Below are positions 27,207-41,623 of a stretch of 64,000 bases of DNA, piece by piece (position 1 is the first letter of the stretch; every line of letters begins with the position of its first letter). Origin of the DNA: Octopus vulgaris (taxonomy: Eukaryota); NCBI GenBank assembly GCA_951406725.2, contig OX597823.1, forward strand, positions 48,980,001-49,044,000, written 5' to 3'. The notes below the pieces were generated by a model that was not told the origin of the DNA, ran no database searches, and saw only the letters and a list, made by a program, of their open reading frames with translations. A program made the position numbers and the translations under genes.

Positions 27207-28078
27207 TAAAGACTGGAATGTTATGGAGATGGAAAGAAGGGAAGCAGATAAAGAACCAACCTCCACAAAAAAAAAACACCATATGTGAGATAGTCAAAGC
27301 TTGCTTTCTTGCTTCATGCTCTTGATTGAAGGGGCTGGGGTTATCGCAGGTTAGCGGTGTCAGAGACTTCATTGTGCAAAGAGCTGACCAGGCCCACCAG
27401 TGCTTGCCATCGCTGGCGGTCCTATACCAGCCCCTCTGCATCCTAAGATGAAGATATTCAAAGAAGACCTCAAAAGCATGTGGACAAGTTAGGCATGAGT
27501 GGAAAGAATAGCAGTAGATCGACCATACGAGAACAAACTAGCTTCTTCAAGCATCTTGCAACGTGGGAGAACTTATATCTAAGTCTGAAGGCTTTATAAA
27601 TGGTACAGCTATTTAATAATGATAACAGTGACATATAAGACATACATTTTGTGGCAACTTATCCTTTTCACCAGTTTGCAAACAATTAAACATGTCAACA
27701 TCTTACAATGAATTATTATGGAGGAAGCAGGTTTTTACTTTATTTTTTCACATTGCTAAAATGACTTCCTGCTAATATTCCTAGTGATTCTTAGTTCACT
27801 GTGCCTTAAGGCTCCATACTTTGGTATTTTGTATATTAATCCTTTCTTTTCAAACATGTTCATTATATTCTAAAATGTTGTCTTCCAAAACTACATTTTA
27901 ACAGCTGCATTACAGCAAACACACAAGCGTACACAAATCTGATGAATAATCAAATCTTACATTAAATTAATATGAAATTAATTTTCATACTTTCAAATAA
28001 TTTTTTTCATTTTGTTTAATTATAATTCATCAAACTCATTCTGTTTTCCTGTTTACTTGTTTTGTTTTATGTATCTAG

Positions 28079-28112
28079 TAGTAATAATAATAATGATAAT
28101 GATAATAATAAC

Positions 28113-28183
<71 letters not shown>
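28079..28183. repeat. (AAT)n microsatellite
   Basis: Direct inspection. Confidence 0.95.
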
Positions 28184-28185
<2 letters not shown>

Positions 28186-29304
28186 TTTTTGATTACAGTG
28201 TCTTCCAAACACACTGCCTTCTGAACACTGAGTAATCCTACACTGATATTCAATATCATGATTGCAAAACTTAAAATTGTTGTCAGCTTACAAAGGCATA
28301 TTTTTCTCTACCAGTCTTCTGTAACAGACATATTGATTTTCACAGCACAAAAATAGATTTCCCTTAGGATATTAAATATTATATCAAAATTTTATACCAC
28401 TGATGCAAAATATTGTCATATGCATTCATCATTTCTCAATATTTTATTTCACATGGTCACTTTTTTTCCATGTGATACTAGGTTGGCTAGGTCAATATAA
28501 TGATATCTTTCTCCACCTTCTCGCTGTCTTCGTCCCCCTCTCTCATTTTTCCCTCCCTCTTTCTATCCCTCTTGCCATTCCACCTCTCTCTCTTCTTGTC
28601 TCTTTCTGTCATCACTTTTCCAGTTGATTTTAAATATTTTAGACAAATCCCAATTATCATGTCTTATATAATCTTTGCTACCATCTGCAACCAATTCACT
28701 ATGACATTCTTATTTCATCCGTGTTGCTTTTAATCTTCCACAGCCAGTTTTTCTTTCTTTCTCTATAATCTCAACTAGATTCTGAGAGACAAAGACATGT
28801 ACTCTTTTGTTTAAAACAAGCTTAAGTTATGATTCAAAGGTGGGTTTCTTTATTTCTAACATTTTGATATCAGAAATAACCAGTGTATGGTTAATACAGT
28901 GATACAGAAAATTGAGTTAGCTAACATATTGTTTGGTTAAGCAAGCAAAATATATAACTCTGTGTTAATAAATCGTCATTACCATGGGCTCAGATCAATT
29001 TGAATATATAATATAATTTTCTACTTTAAATATATGTCCCTACACTCTAAATTTTTTGATTCTAAGGTATATAGAGAGATTATCTTTCATCTATATCTCA
29101 CTTGCTATATTAACCACTAGTCTTTGATATTTATTGTAGAAATCTACAATATATGTCCATCTACAGTAACTAGCAGCAGACAATTTTATGTTTCACACAG
29201 TTGTATGTTAGACTTAATAAACTTCACAATGGTTTCTGAAAAGAATGAAATAGTGCTATACAGGATTTCCAAACACTAGAAATTTTAAGAACTTCATAGT
29301 AAGT

Positions 29305-29716
29305 AGGCGTAGGAGTGGCTGTGTGGTAAGTAGCTTGCTTACCAACCACATGGTTCCGGGTTCAGTCCCACTGCGTGGCACCTTGCGCAAGTATCTTTTA
29401 CTATAGCCTCGGGCCGACCAAAGCCTTGTGAGTGGATTTGGTGGACGGAAACTGAAAGAAGCCCGTCGTATATATGTATATATATATGTGTGTGTGCGTG
29501 TGTGTTTGTGTTTCTGTGTTTGTCCCCCTAGCATTGCTTGACAACCGATGTGGGTGTGTTTATGTCCCCGTCACTTAGCGGTTCGGCAAAAGAGACCGAT
29601 AGAATAAGTACTGGGCTTACAAAGAATAAGTCTCGGGGTCGAGTTGCTCGACTAAAGGCAGTGCTCCAGCATGGCTGCAGTCAAATGACTGAAACAAGTA
29701 AAAGAGTAAAAGAGTA
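29305..29716 (+). mobile_element. SINE family A, young CpG-rich full-length copy
   Basis: Near-consensus copy retaining many CpGs; tail aagtaaaagagtaaaagagtaa. Confidence 0.9.
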
Positions 29717-29770
29717 AGCCAACAACAAAAATAGAAAAAAGAAAAAAGGGAAATTTGTGAATTTTGTACA

Positions 29771-29976
29771 TCTTCCTTATTCCTTAATTCTTCTTCTTTA
29801 TTCCTGAATTCTCCTTCCTTATTCCTGAATTCTTCTTCCTTATTCCTGAACTCTTATTCCTTATTCCCAAATTCTTCTTCCTTATTTTAGAATTCTGTTC
29901 CTTATTCCTGAATTCTTCTTCCTTATTCTGTATTTTTCTTCCTTATTTCTTAATTCTTCTTCCTTATTCTTTAATT
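29771..29976. repeat. Minisatellite, about 21-bp unit ttcttccttattcctgaattc, roughly 9-10 degenerate copies
   Basis: Direct inspection. Confidence 0.85.
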
Positions 29977-31224
29977 TCAAATTGCAACTTCTAATTCTAT
30001 CAAATAGTATGAAGAAATGACTGTCTCTTTTGTACTAGGTGTCTGCTAGGGCACATGTCCCTAAGTATAAATGTTTTAGGAAAAATCATATCAATATCAG
30101 CAGACTAATAATTCTTGGAATTATTTATGAAATTACAAGAGACACTAAATTGTTTGTGCTGAAAGAAAGAATAAGAACATTGAGATGAACTGGAATATTT
30201 TGCAGAGATAAGGATGAACAATGGCTTAGTTTCTTAACCAATGGTTATAGTTCATGGCTTAGTGGTTTGGCTGTTGGACTCTTGATCATAAGATTGTGGT
30301 TTTGATTCCTGGACTGGGTGACACGTGTTATTGGGCAAAGTATTTCATTTCAAGTTGCTTCAAGTCCACTCAGTTGGCAAAACTGAGTAATCCTACGATG
30401 GACCAGTGTTCCATCCTGGTTGGAAAATTTATACACCATGAAAACTGGGGAACCAGCCCTTTTGAGTCAGCAGGACTTGAGAAGTTAACCTCATCTTTGA
30501 GAACATTGAGCCAGATCCCAAAATTGAATTTTTTTAGGGGACCACACCAAAAATTAAAACACAAATCAATCAAAGAAAACGATATTGTATTTATTGAGGA
30601 AATACCATCAAGGGTCACTGAAAGAATGCTTGAGGGCTACATGAGGCTCTGGCAGCCATGATTTTGAGAGCTGCTTCTTTAGACTGCATAATGGTGCAGT
30701 ACCAAGGGAAATTTGAGTTTGCAGTACACTACTAAAGAGATACATCATGTTGTTATAATTTAAAGCATGGCTGTAAAATAGACATTGATCCACAGATTTG
30801 CTGTTGAATTACGTTAATGGCTAAATCTATTCTTGGATCAACTGTATTTGATGCTGCCCTATTCTATCATTTTCAGAAGCAATCAATGGTGCACCTATTT
30901 TGTAAACAGCAGTAACAGTAGCTTCAATGATGGCTGAAAGAAGCGGCGGCACTGGCCTACATCATTATCTTTTCTAACCAATCAACAACTTAGGCAGATG
31001 TTATATTAATGAGCATTACTGGCCACAGTTAGCATTTATATGTATTAGAATATTATCAACAGCACCAATTCAGCAACTATGCAGAAAAACAAACCAGTCA
31101 CAAAAAAACTCTGCAGAGAAACATTATGGTTTACCTAGTCTTCTTAAAACCAACAGTTTCTATTGATACTGTCAAATTTTTGTATTTTCTTCTCACTGAG
31201 CAGATACATTGTATTTATACATGC

Positions 31225-31397
31225 AATTACAGGCAAATGTACCACCATCAATTCACTGCAGATGAGCTCACTGCCATCAATTCACTGTGAAGAAAGTTCA
31301 CTGCGAGTAAAGTTTATCAAGAAAATATATCCATAGTATCTCACCATTAATAGTTAAAAACTATTTTATTGAAAGAATATGGTGAACTCACCAGACA
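31225..31397 (+). repeat. Short MITE-like element with internal (aa)ttcac repeats; family also at 58620-58790 and 59395-59508 in reverse
   Basis: ccattaatagttaaaaactattttattgaa here is the near reverse complement of 58643-58672; shared ttcactg repeats. Confidence 0.7.
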
Positions 31398-31407
31398 TGT
31401 ATACATA

Positions 31408-33580
31408 CATGATGGCCACCCCCTCGTTATTGAGTATGGCCATTGCACGAGGCTTAACTGTTATCGGTGCTGTGATCGAATGTGACTTTTTAGCCCAGCT
31501 AAAGATCTACAATGTCTTGTACAGAATTGGCAGCTAAAACCTTTACCAGCAATAGCTGGCTGTAGTTGTAACTGGGTTTCATGTACCTTTGCATGTTGTT
31601 TAAGTCCTTCTGCCAAATTACACTCCCTTCTACATACCTGACAGATATGATTAGTAGATTAGTATGGTGTGTAGCACCACCACCAGTGGCCTGGTTGTCA
31701 ATCATCTGTCTCGCTTTATGACTACGAAGATGACTCTTGAGTCCAGCTTTACTGAGGCAGGGTCTTGCACAGACACTGCATGTTAGCATCATAGGAAGAC
31801 CCTTACCATCTGGAAGTGCAACAGTGATGCTTTCCCTGACATCCTTCCTTACTTTCTCATGCGCAACTTGAGATTTCTCAAAAGTGCACAATCCTTCTCA
31901 ACCTGCTATGGTCAATAGCTATGCCTTCCCTTGTGTCAGGAGAGATGCAAGCATCTCTTAAGGAAGCCTTCAGCAAGTCCTTATACCATTTTTTTGGTTT
32001 ATGTGGAGGTTGTTCTCCTTTAGCTAACTCTCCAAAGAAGAGTTGTTTTGGCATCCTTGAATCCTTCATCTGGACCAGATGACCACTCCATCTGAGCCTT
32101 TGCTTCTATACTTTCACACTGAGAGATTTCCAATATTTCAAGGTCACTGATGCGGTCCTCTCACTTAATGCCATAGATCCATCTGAGGCACATCTGATGG
32201 AAACTTTCCAGTTGTTTAAGGTGTTATTGGAATCTAACGCCAGCTGTATCTCATTAGCCTTCTTATTCTACCATGTATTATCCCTCATCTGATAGAGCCT
32301 CTGCCTCACATGTGATTTTACATCCTTGAATTCCCTATGCAACATTTTCCTCTCCTGTGGCTTTGCTGACAAATAACATGACAAAGTACATCTTTTATCA
32401 GCCAATAAATCATCTATATGTTCATCATTTTCTTTAAACCAATCTCGATGTTTTCTTTGTATCAATCCCAGAACTTGCTTGCCTATATCATAAACTGACT
32501 TTTTAAGAGCCAGCCACTCCTCCCCAATATCTGCAACATTCATTTCCTCTCGTAAAGTTCTCTTCACACTTTTATACCTAAAACAATCAACATTCAGTCT
32601 TTTAGGCAGGGTAATCCCTGCAGCCTGGATTTTACATTTTGTGACTAATTTCACTTTTGCATGTACTAGGCGGCGGTTAGTCCAACACTCAGCCCCACGA
32701 AGAACATGAACACACTGCACATCTCATTTGTACATCTCATCTTACAAGGATGTAATCCAGAATATGCCATTCTTTAGATGCAGGGTGCATCCATGTGGTC
32801 TTAAAATTATTCTTTTGTTGAAACAAGGTATTGGTAACACACAGATGCAGCTCCTCACACATCTACAGCAGAAGCATACCATTACTATTATACTTTCCCA
32901 CCCTATGCTTCCAATTACAGTCCATATGTTAAAATCCCTGCCCACTCTAGCATTAAAGTCACCCAGTACGATGACTTTGTCTGCCCGAGGGATATTTCTT
33001 ATTATGCTCTTCAAAGCATGGTAGAAAGAAACTTTTACGTCATCAGTATAGCACATAGTTGGAGCATACACACTCACCATAATTTCCTTTAACCAAAGGA
33101 ATTCTCATGGACACAAGACACTCGTTAATCCCAACTGGAAATTCTTCCAACTTATCCACAAGAGTAGTCTTAACAGCAAATGCCACTCCAGCCTATCCTC
33201 TAAACTCTTCATTCCTCCCTCTCCAAAAGAATGTATATTTTCCACAAGATTCTGTAAGATGACCATCTGCAGCTAATCTCGTCTCAGCTAAAGCAATAAT
33301 GTCAAGATCATAGTGTCAAGATGTCAAAATTATAGCTCCTTCACAACAAGCGCAGTCCTCGCAACCAGCGCAGTCCTTCACAACAAGTGCAGTCCATCGC
33401 TCAGGACATTCAAAGGACTCACACTCAAGCAGCGTCCATACATTCCAATAGCCAATATTCAATATTTTATTTGGTTCTATCACAGTAGCATGATGACAGC
33501 CGGGTTCAGACTGTGATGCTCTGGTGCCCCTGCTGGGTCAGACTCTTTCATCTGATGTGGTTCCAGAGTCCTTGCTGCCA
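31408..33580 (-). mobile_element. RTE-clade LINE, near full span but RT core deleted; AP endonuclease and three C-terminal C2H2 fingers
   Basis: IGYWNVWTL, IIALAETRL, VSVYAPT, VIVLGDFNARVG (APE); LRWSGHLVQMKDSRMPKQLFFGEL; CSVCARPCLSKAGLKSHLRSH; deletion junction near 32225. Confidence 0.92.
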
Positions 33581-34037
33581 TTTATTTTTATACTCTTTTG
33601 GTACATCATTGATTATTTGCTTTTTAAGGCTACAGCCAGCCATTTAGTTGAGACTTACAACACTATCAACAATCATGAATTAGTTAATGAATTTAATCAA
33701 TCAATCAATCAATCAATCAATGTTGTTATCGTGCAATGCCTGTGCAAGAAGATTCTTTTTTTAAGTGAAGAAAGGCTGTGCACTGAGTCAATCCCACTCA
33801 CTAAGCAACAACAGCCATTATCCAAATGTAGTTCGCCAGGCATGCATGTACTTGATTATGGAACCATTTCCCTGCATTATGAGTTCTAGCTGTGTTTCCT
33901 CAGGCAATATGTAAATATAGTTTCCATAAGTTCAAATTCTTGGCTTCAAGAACATCCTCACTGTCTGTTGTGGCTTGAATTTAGTAGTAGTCACTGAGTT
34001 TATCAATGTGTGTTGTTGCTGAAGGACTGTTGGTTTC

Positions 34038-34073
<36 letters not shown>

Positions 34074-34076
<3 letters not shown>

Positions 34077-34294
34077 CTTTTACTCTCTTTACTCTTTTAC
34101 TTGTTTCAGTCATTAGTAGAAGAAATCGCCCCCAAGACTTATTCTTTCTAAGCCTAGTACTTATTCTATCGGTTTCTTTTGCCAAACTGCTAGGTTACAG
34201 GGACATAAACACACTAGCATCAGTTGTCAAGCGATGTTGGGGACAAACACAGACACACAACCATATACACACACATACATACATACATGCATAC

Positions 34295-34341
<47 letters not shown>

Positions 34342-34503
34342 TATACAACAAGCTTCTTTCAGTTTCCATCTACCAAATCCACTCACAAGGCTTTGGTCAT
34401 CCCAAGGCTATAGTAGAAGGCACTTGCCCAAGGTGCCACGCAGTGGGACTGAACGCAGAACCATGTAGTTGGTAAGCAAGCTACTTACTACACAGCCACT
34501 CCT
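34074..34503 (-). mobile_element. SINE family A
   Basis: Reverse-complement match to family A. Confidence 0.85.
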
Positions 34504-34868
34504 GATTAAGAGGAGAAATGACAAGGTATGGGTAATTTAATTTGAAGCATTAAACAAGGTAAGTGATTTTTGTGAAAAATAGATTGATTGTCTATGATCA
34601 TGGCATATTTAAAATGTTGAATATTCTCAAATATATATATATATATATTATGTTTTATCTTTTACTTGTTTCAGTCATTTGACTGCAGCCATATTGTAAC
34701 ACTGCCTTGAGGAATTTTAGTCAAATGAATTGACTTCAGTACGTTTTTTTTTTTTTAAGCTTAGTACTTACTCTATTAGTTTCATTGCTGAACTGCTAAG
34801 TTACAGGGATGTAAACATACCAGCACCAGTTGTCAAGCAGTGGGTGAAGGGGAAAAACACAGACACAA

Positions 34869-34916
<48 letters not shown>

Positions 34917-35086
34917 ATGTATAAACACACACAATGGGCTTCTTTCAGTTTCTATCTACCAAATCAACTCATAAGGGTTTGATCACTCCTATGGCTATAA
35001 TAGAAGGCACTTGCCCAAGGTGCCATACAGTGAGATTGAATACAGAACTATGTGGAAGGAAAGAAAACTTCTTACCACACAGCCAC

Positions 35087-35125
<39 letters not shown>

Positions 35126-35903
35126 CTACATGCCACCCTAAAAACATCGCCATTCCCGCCCGTTTCTTTAAAGTTCAACCTTCGCATATTCCCTTTAATT
35201 CGATCTCCACCATTCACTATCATTTCTTCCCCTGGCTTACAGCGATGTCCATGAGCAGGCTAAGATTTCTCCTTCTTTTTCATACATACATACATACATT
35301 TGTCTACCGTTTAAATGTTTTGAACTTATAACCACCAATCTGCTTTGCTTTCCTTTTCTTTCTACATGCCACCCTAAAAACATCGCCATTCCCGCCCGTT
35401 TCTTTAAAGTTCAACCTTCGCATATTCCCTTTTAATTCGATCTCCACCATTCACTATCATTTCTTCCCCTGGCTTACAGCGATGTCCATGAGCAGGCTAA
35501 GATTTCTCCCTTCTTTTTTCATACATACATACATACAAGGTATGGGTAATTTAATTTGAAGCATTAAACAAGGTAAGTGATTTTTGTGAAAAATAGATTG
35601 ATTGTCTATGATCATGGCATATTTAAAATGTTGAATATTCTCAAATATATATATATATATATTATGTTTTATCTTTTACTTGTTTCAGTCATTTGACTGC
35701 AACCATATTGTAACACTGCCTTGAGGAATTTTAGTCAAATGAATTGACTTCAGTACGTTTTTTTTGAAGCTTAGTACTTACCAATCTATTAGTTTCATTG
35801 CTGAACTGCTAAGTTACAGGGATGTAAACATACCAGCACCAGTTGTCAAGCAGTGGGTGAAGGGGCAAAACACAGACACAAACACACACACACCACACAC
35901 ACG

Positions 35904-35941
<38 letters not shown>

Positions 35942-37058
35942 ATGTGTGTGTGCATGCCTGTGTGTGTGTGTGTATGTATAAACACACACAATGGGCTTCT
36001 TTCAGTTTCTATCTACCAAATCAACTCATAAGGGTTTGATCACTCCTATGGCTATAATAGAAGGCACTTGCCCATAACAAGCACCATCCGAACGTGGCCG
36101 ATGCCAGACCCCTCTGGCACCTGTGCAGGTGGCACGTAAAAAACACCCACTACACTCGCGGAGTGGTTGGCGTTAGGAAGGGCATCCAGCTGAGAAACAC
36201 TGCCAGACTAGACTGGAGCCTATATCCCAGACCCCGGTATATATATATATATATATATAAAACGATATATATATATATATATATATATACGTACTCCAGG
36301 AATTAGGGCTTCTTAAATAAAAGTTTATGTTGACACTGATTTAAAGTGTCTTTCATATAAACAAATTTAAGACACTCATATAATGGTTCTAATTTTGAAT
36401 TACAATTTATTATTCAAACTTGTTTTATAAAAGTTGTGAACTATTTGATAATTTTAAAATATTTAGCTTCACTAATCAAATACTTTATGAAAATTCATCA
36501 GCAGACTAATGAAAATCAATGCAAATTTAAACCAGCTAAGATATTTTTTTATGAGATTATAAATATTTTTTTAATTGTAATTTATTACTTTCAAGTTACC
36601 GGTTACCATAAATAAACAATAGTTGTATAACGAGGACACGTCACAAGCTTCACAAAATGGTTATGCACATTAATTGTGTTTATTTATAATATTGCTACAA
36701 AGTAATGTTTATTTCATTATAAAATATCTGAAATCTAGAATTCAAAAAAAAACAAAAAAACAAGATTAAATAGAAAAAAAACAAACAAAAAGAAACAGAA
36801 AGAAAAAATGCACAAAAAAAACAAAACATTAAGGATTTTCAGTCTCTGTCCTAGAAATAATAATTTTATAAAAGGAATTGAAAGATCAAAGAATAATGAA
36901 GCTAAAGATTAAAAGACATTGCCTGATTAAGAGGAGAAATGACAAGGGATGGGTAATTTAATTTGAAGCAATAAAACAAGGTAAGTGATTTTTGTGGAAA
37001 ATAGATTGATTGTCTACGATCATGGCATATTTTAAAATGTTGAATATTCTCAAATATA
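34501..37058 (+). repeat. Complex local duplication cluster (segment A x3, SINE x2, segment B x2)
   Basis: A at 34501-34636, 35535-35650 and 36922-37058; SINE at 34652-35089 duplicated at 35666-36074; B at 35123-35298 and 35360-35537. Confidence 0.9.
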
Positions 37059-37454
37059 TTAATTTAGCTGGAAATAATGAAGAAACAATTGAAATTGGTT
37101 TTAGTACATATCAAACTGGTTATGCTCACAAGGAAATGATAAGCTTATATGTATTCGGATATGTTGGTTATGAGTGAGAGACAGTATAGCATATAGCTAG
37201 CTGTAAATTAGTTATAAGAGAATAGGGAAATAAAAGGCGAAGAGGAAAAGCAAAATAGGGAAAAAGAAGCATGAGAAAACTACTGTATCATAGTGGAACT
37301 CCAGTGTAAAAAATATTAATGTTCCATATTTCTACACGAGAGGAGAAATACGTATATCATTATCATCATCCCCACCACCACTACCACCATCACCACCATC
37401 ATAGTCATCATCATTGTCATCATCATCATCATCATCATCATCATCACTACCTAT

Positions 37455-37590
37455 CTGGTACTTATTTAATCGACCCTGAAAGGATGAAAGGCAAAGTCGA
37501 CCTTGGCGGAATTTGAACTCAGAACATAACAGTAGACGAAATACTGCTAAGAATTTTGCCCGGCGTGCTGACGTTTCTACCAGCTCGCCA
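37455..37590 (-). mobile_element. SINE family D, embedded in a (CAT/CAC)n tract
   Basis: ctggtacttatttaatcgaccc.gaaaggatgaaaggcaaagtcgacc..gaactcagaac; plus-strand copy at about 38300-38510. Confidence 0.8.
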
Positions 37591-37890
37591 CGTTCATCAT
37601 CACTACCACCATCATCATCTTCCCACTGCCATAGGGATCATCATTATCATCTTCGCTGCCACTGCTGCTGTCACCACTATCGCCGCCGCCACCATCAACA
37701 CCACCATCAGCAGCAGCAGCATTGCCATTTTCAGCGTTGTTGTCATTTTAATATCCATATTTCCATGCTTGGATGATTCAAAAGGAAACTTGTTTGAGGC
37801 AAGCTATTTTTCTATGGGCAGGTATTTTTCTTGTCAACAAACTTCACCTGTTTCAAAGTAGGGTAAGATTCTTTCACTGAGGATTGTAGA

Positions 37891-38270
37891 CAGGCACAAG
37901 CATGGCTGTGTGGTAAGAAACTTGCTTCCCAACCACATAATTCTGGGTTCAGTCCCATTACATGGCATCTAGGGCAAGTGTCTTCCACTATAACCTCAGG
38001 CTGACCAAAGTCTTGTGAGTGGATGTGGTAGACAGAAACTGAAAGAAACCCATCATATATGTGTGTGTGTGTGTGTGTGTGTATTTGTGTGTGTGTGCCT
38101 TTGAGTCTGTTTTTGTCATCCTGTTATCACCCAACAACAGGTGCTGGTGTGTTTATGTCCTCATAACTTAGCGGTTCAGCAAAAGAGAAATGATAGGATA
38201 TGTACTAGGCTTCAAAATATAAGTTCTGGGGTCGATATGTTCATCTAAATCCCTTCAAGGTGGTGCTTCA
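37891..38270 (+). mobile_element. SINE family A
   Basis: gcatggctgtgtggtaag..gtggatgtggtagacag..aaggtggtgct. Confidence 0.85.
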
Positions 38271-39663
38271 TGTTTGTGTATGAATATATATGTATGTAAG
38301 GCTGTCTGTTGGCAGAATCATTAGCACACCAGGTGAAATACTTAGCGGCATTTTGGCTATCTGTATGTTCTCAGTTCAAATTCCACCAGGGTCAACTTTG
38401 CCTTTCATCCTTTTGGGATTGATAAAATAAGCACCAGACTAGTACTGGGGTCGATGTAATTGAATAACCCCCTCCAATGAAATTACTCAACTCGTGCCTA
38501 AATTTGAATGCAATATATATGTATGTGTCTCTTTTACTCTTTTATTTGTTTCAGTCATTTGACTTCAGCCATGCTGGAGCACTGCTTTTAGTTGAACAAA
38601 TCAACCCCAGGACTCATTCTTTGTAAGCCTAGTATTTATTCTGTTGGACTCTTTTGCTGAACCGCTAAGTTACTGGGATGTAAACACACCTGCATTGGTT
38701 GTCAAGTGATGGTGGGAGGGCAAAGAAAGACACAGAGACACACACACACACATTCAGCATGACACACAATGTGATGTGACAAGGCTGACCCTTCGTATTA
38801 CAAGTACAAGTCAATTTTGACTGCTGAGTGGACAGGAGCAATGTGAAATAAAAGTGTCTTGCCGAAGAGCACAAATACACCACTAGGTATCAAATGATCT
38901 TGAGCTAAAAACTGTAACCACTTTGCCACATGCCTTCACTAACATCATATTAAAGATGTGTTAACAATTCATATGTTAACAGTTTATGTGCTGTAGAATA
39001 TATCTATAGACTTTATTCAAAACTGTATTTAAAAGACAGCCGTAAACACCTAGTTGTTATGTACAGTATCTTGGTGGACTGAAAAAGAATGATCAGCATT
39101 GAATTATAACACATCAACACTGATTTATTAACAGAATGAGTAGCCAAGAATGTGTTAAAGTATGCAAATTAGTCAAGCTGATTTATGTAAGACATAAATA
39201 TATTATATATAACAACAAGTTGTTTATTCTGTCTATTAAATAAATATATTTTATTGTAGAATATAGCATCAAAGACAATACTGTCTACTGTTGAAGTGGC
39301 ATTGATTTCTATTCAAAATTATGTTTGCTTTATTTCATATTAGATTAATCCTTCCATGTTTCTTGCTATAGCAAGGAAACATACATCATATTCCCATATC
39401 CAGAGCATAACTGATCATATTGTTAAGGTTGCCAGCAGGAAATATCCACTTATTGTTTTTATAGCATTAGTTCCCAGTGTCCTGTGATACACTGGTGTGC
39501 CATGAGATATGACTAGATGCCTTGTGGAAATAATAAAGTTATTCGTTATTAGCAACAAAAGCAGTATTAGTTCAAAATTTCATATTGTATATCTTACTTA
39601 ATGTTGATACACTGCAGAAAGCCACAAAAATATGGTATTCATTTCAAGAAAGCATCTCATATA

Positions 39664-40095
39664 CTCTTTTACTCTCGCTCTCTTTTACTCTTTTACTTGT
39701 TTCAGTCATGTAACTGTGGCCATGTGAGAGCACCGCCTTTAGTCGAGCAAATTGACTCCAGGACTTATTCTTTGTAAGCCTAGTACTTATTCTATCAGTC
39801 TCTTTTGCCGAACCGCTAAGTTACAGGGATGTAAACACACCAGCATCGGTTGTCAAGCGATGTTGGGGGGGGGGGGCAACACAGACCCACTAACATATAC
39901 ACACACATACATATATATATATACATATATACGACAGGCTTCTTTTAGTTTCCATCTACCAAATCCACTCACAAAGCATTGGTCGGCCTGAGGCTATAGT
40001 AGAAGACACTTGCCCAAGGTGCCACGCAGTGGGACTGAACCCGGAACTATGTGGTTGGTAAGCAAGCTACTTAGCACACAGCCATTCCTACACCT
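39664..40095 (-). mobile_element. SINE family A
   Basis: Reverse-complement match to family A. Confidence 0.88.
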
Positions 40096-40594
40096 ATATA
40101 GACATATAGGTACTAAAAGTCGGAGATGAAGTAGTGTTTTCTGCCATCTACTTAATTTACAGTACTTGCGATAGAATGTTTTAAAATAAAAAGTGAAAAT
40201 TTTAGGTTTTCTGATATGAGTTTGAATAAATAAATGAATAGCACCTTAGAAATGTTAATAACATATGAATATAAATAATAAATTGCACACATAATTTTTT
40301 TTGCCATCAAAACTAAAAAAAATGTTTTTTTTAATAAAAAAATTTTCTACATCAAAGTAAAATGAGAATTTATTTTAATTAATATTTTATACAACCACCT
40401 TTAGCTCTGAGAATTGGTATGTTCCTTTTCTTGGAGAGTATAACTTTTGTCATATTTCTTTCTTTATTCTTGTCTGTCTTGTTGACTGGGGATAATTATT
40501 GGCTAATACATCATTATAAGGATTTAGCCTGTTGTCCCACCAATAAATCATAATTTTCTGACATCTCTATAGTACATAACTTCACATGATATAT

Positions 40595-40893
40595 CATCAT
40601 CATCATCCTCAGCAGCAGCAGCAGCAGCATTTGGTGTTTGTTTTCCATACTGGCATGGGTTAGATGGTTTGACTGGAGCTAGTAAGCTGGGGAGCTGAAC
40701 TTGGCTCCAGCCTGATTTTGGCTGAGTTTCTATGGCTGGATGCCCTTCCTAACACCAACCACTCTGAGAGTGTAGTAGGTGCCTTTCATGTGTCACTGGC
40801 ATGGGGGCCTTTTATGTTTCACTGCCAGCCCTCAGTCAAAATCGTCCAACCCATGCTAGCATGGAAAACGGACGTTAAATGATGATGAGGATG
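40595..40893. mobile_element. Two SINE family B pieces in inverted orientation
   Basis: ttttccatactggcatgggtt near 40640 versus aacccatgctagcatggaaaa near 40850. Confidence 0.75.
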
Positions 40894-41623
40894 ATACATA
40901 CATACATGCATACATACATACATACATACATACACACGTGCATACATGCACACACAAACATATACACACACAACAGACTCTCTTGTCAATGATGACATAT
41001 GTATGTTCAGCTCTTTACTGGATGACCTGCACAAATGATTTGTTTATATTGGTCAAATGTTCATGCCACGCATCAGCTCATTCCTTCCATCAAATGAACA
41101 TTGTCTGAACAGGTACACTGTGTACCACACGTCAGGTGTCTAAGTGATTGCAGAACAACATGAGGTGAAGTGTTTTGCTCAAGAACACAAGATACCACCT
41201 GGTCTAGGAATTGAAATCATGATAGCTAGACCAGGAGTGCAGCACCTTAACTACTAGGCCATGTGCCCTCACACGCACACACATACACACATACATATGT
41301 ATATACATACATATATGCATATATACATATACGTATATATAAAAATCCAAATTGTGGCTGTGGAATGGGTAAAACTCAGGCTACATATGTTTCATAGCTA
41401 TCTGATCCTCTAATGTAATAATTACTTAAAGCTATTCATTGGGCCAAGGATACCTTAATTACATGAAAGTTACATTATTGCTTGGGAATCCCAATGCCAG
41501 ATGTGAGTTGAAATCATACATGTATGTATGTATGTATGTATGTATGTATGTATGTATGTATGTGTGTATGTATGTATGTATGCATGTATGTATGTATGTA
41601 TGTATGTATGTATGTATATATGT

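Noticed and set aside
29771-29976. CRISPR-like array
   Set aside because: The units are contiguous tandem repeats without unique spacers, in a eukaryotic context.
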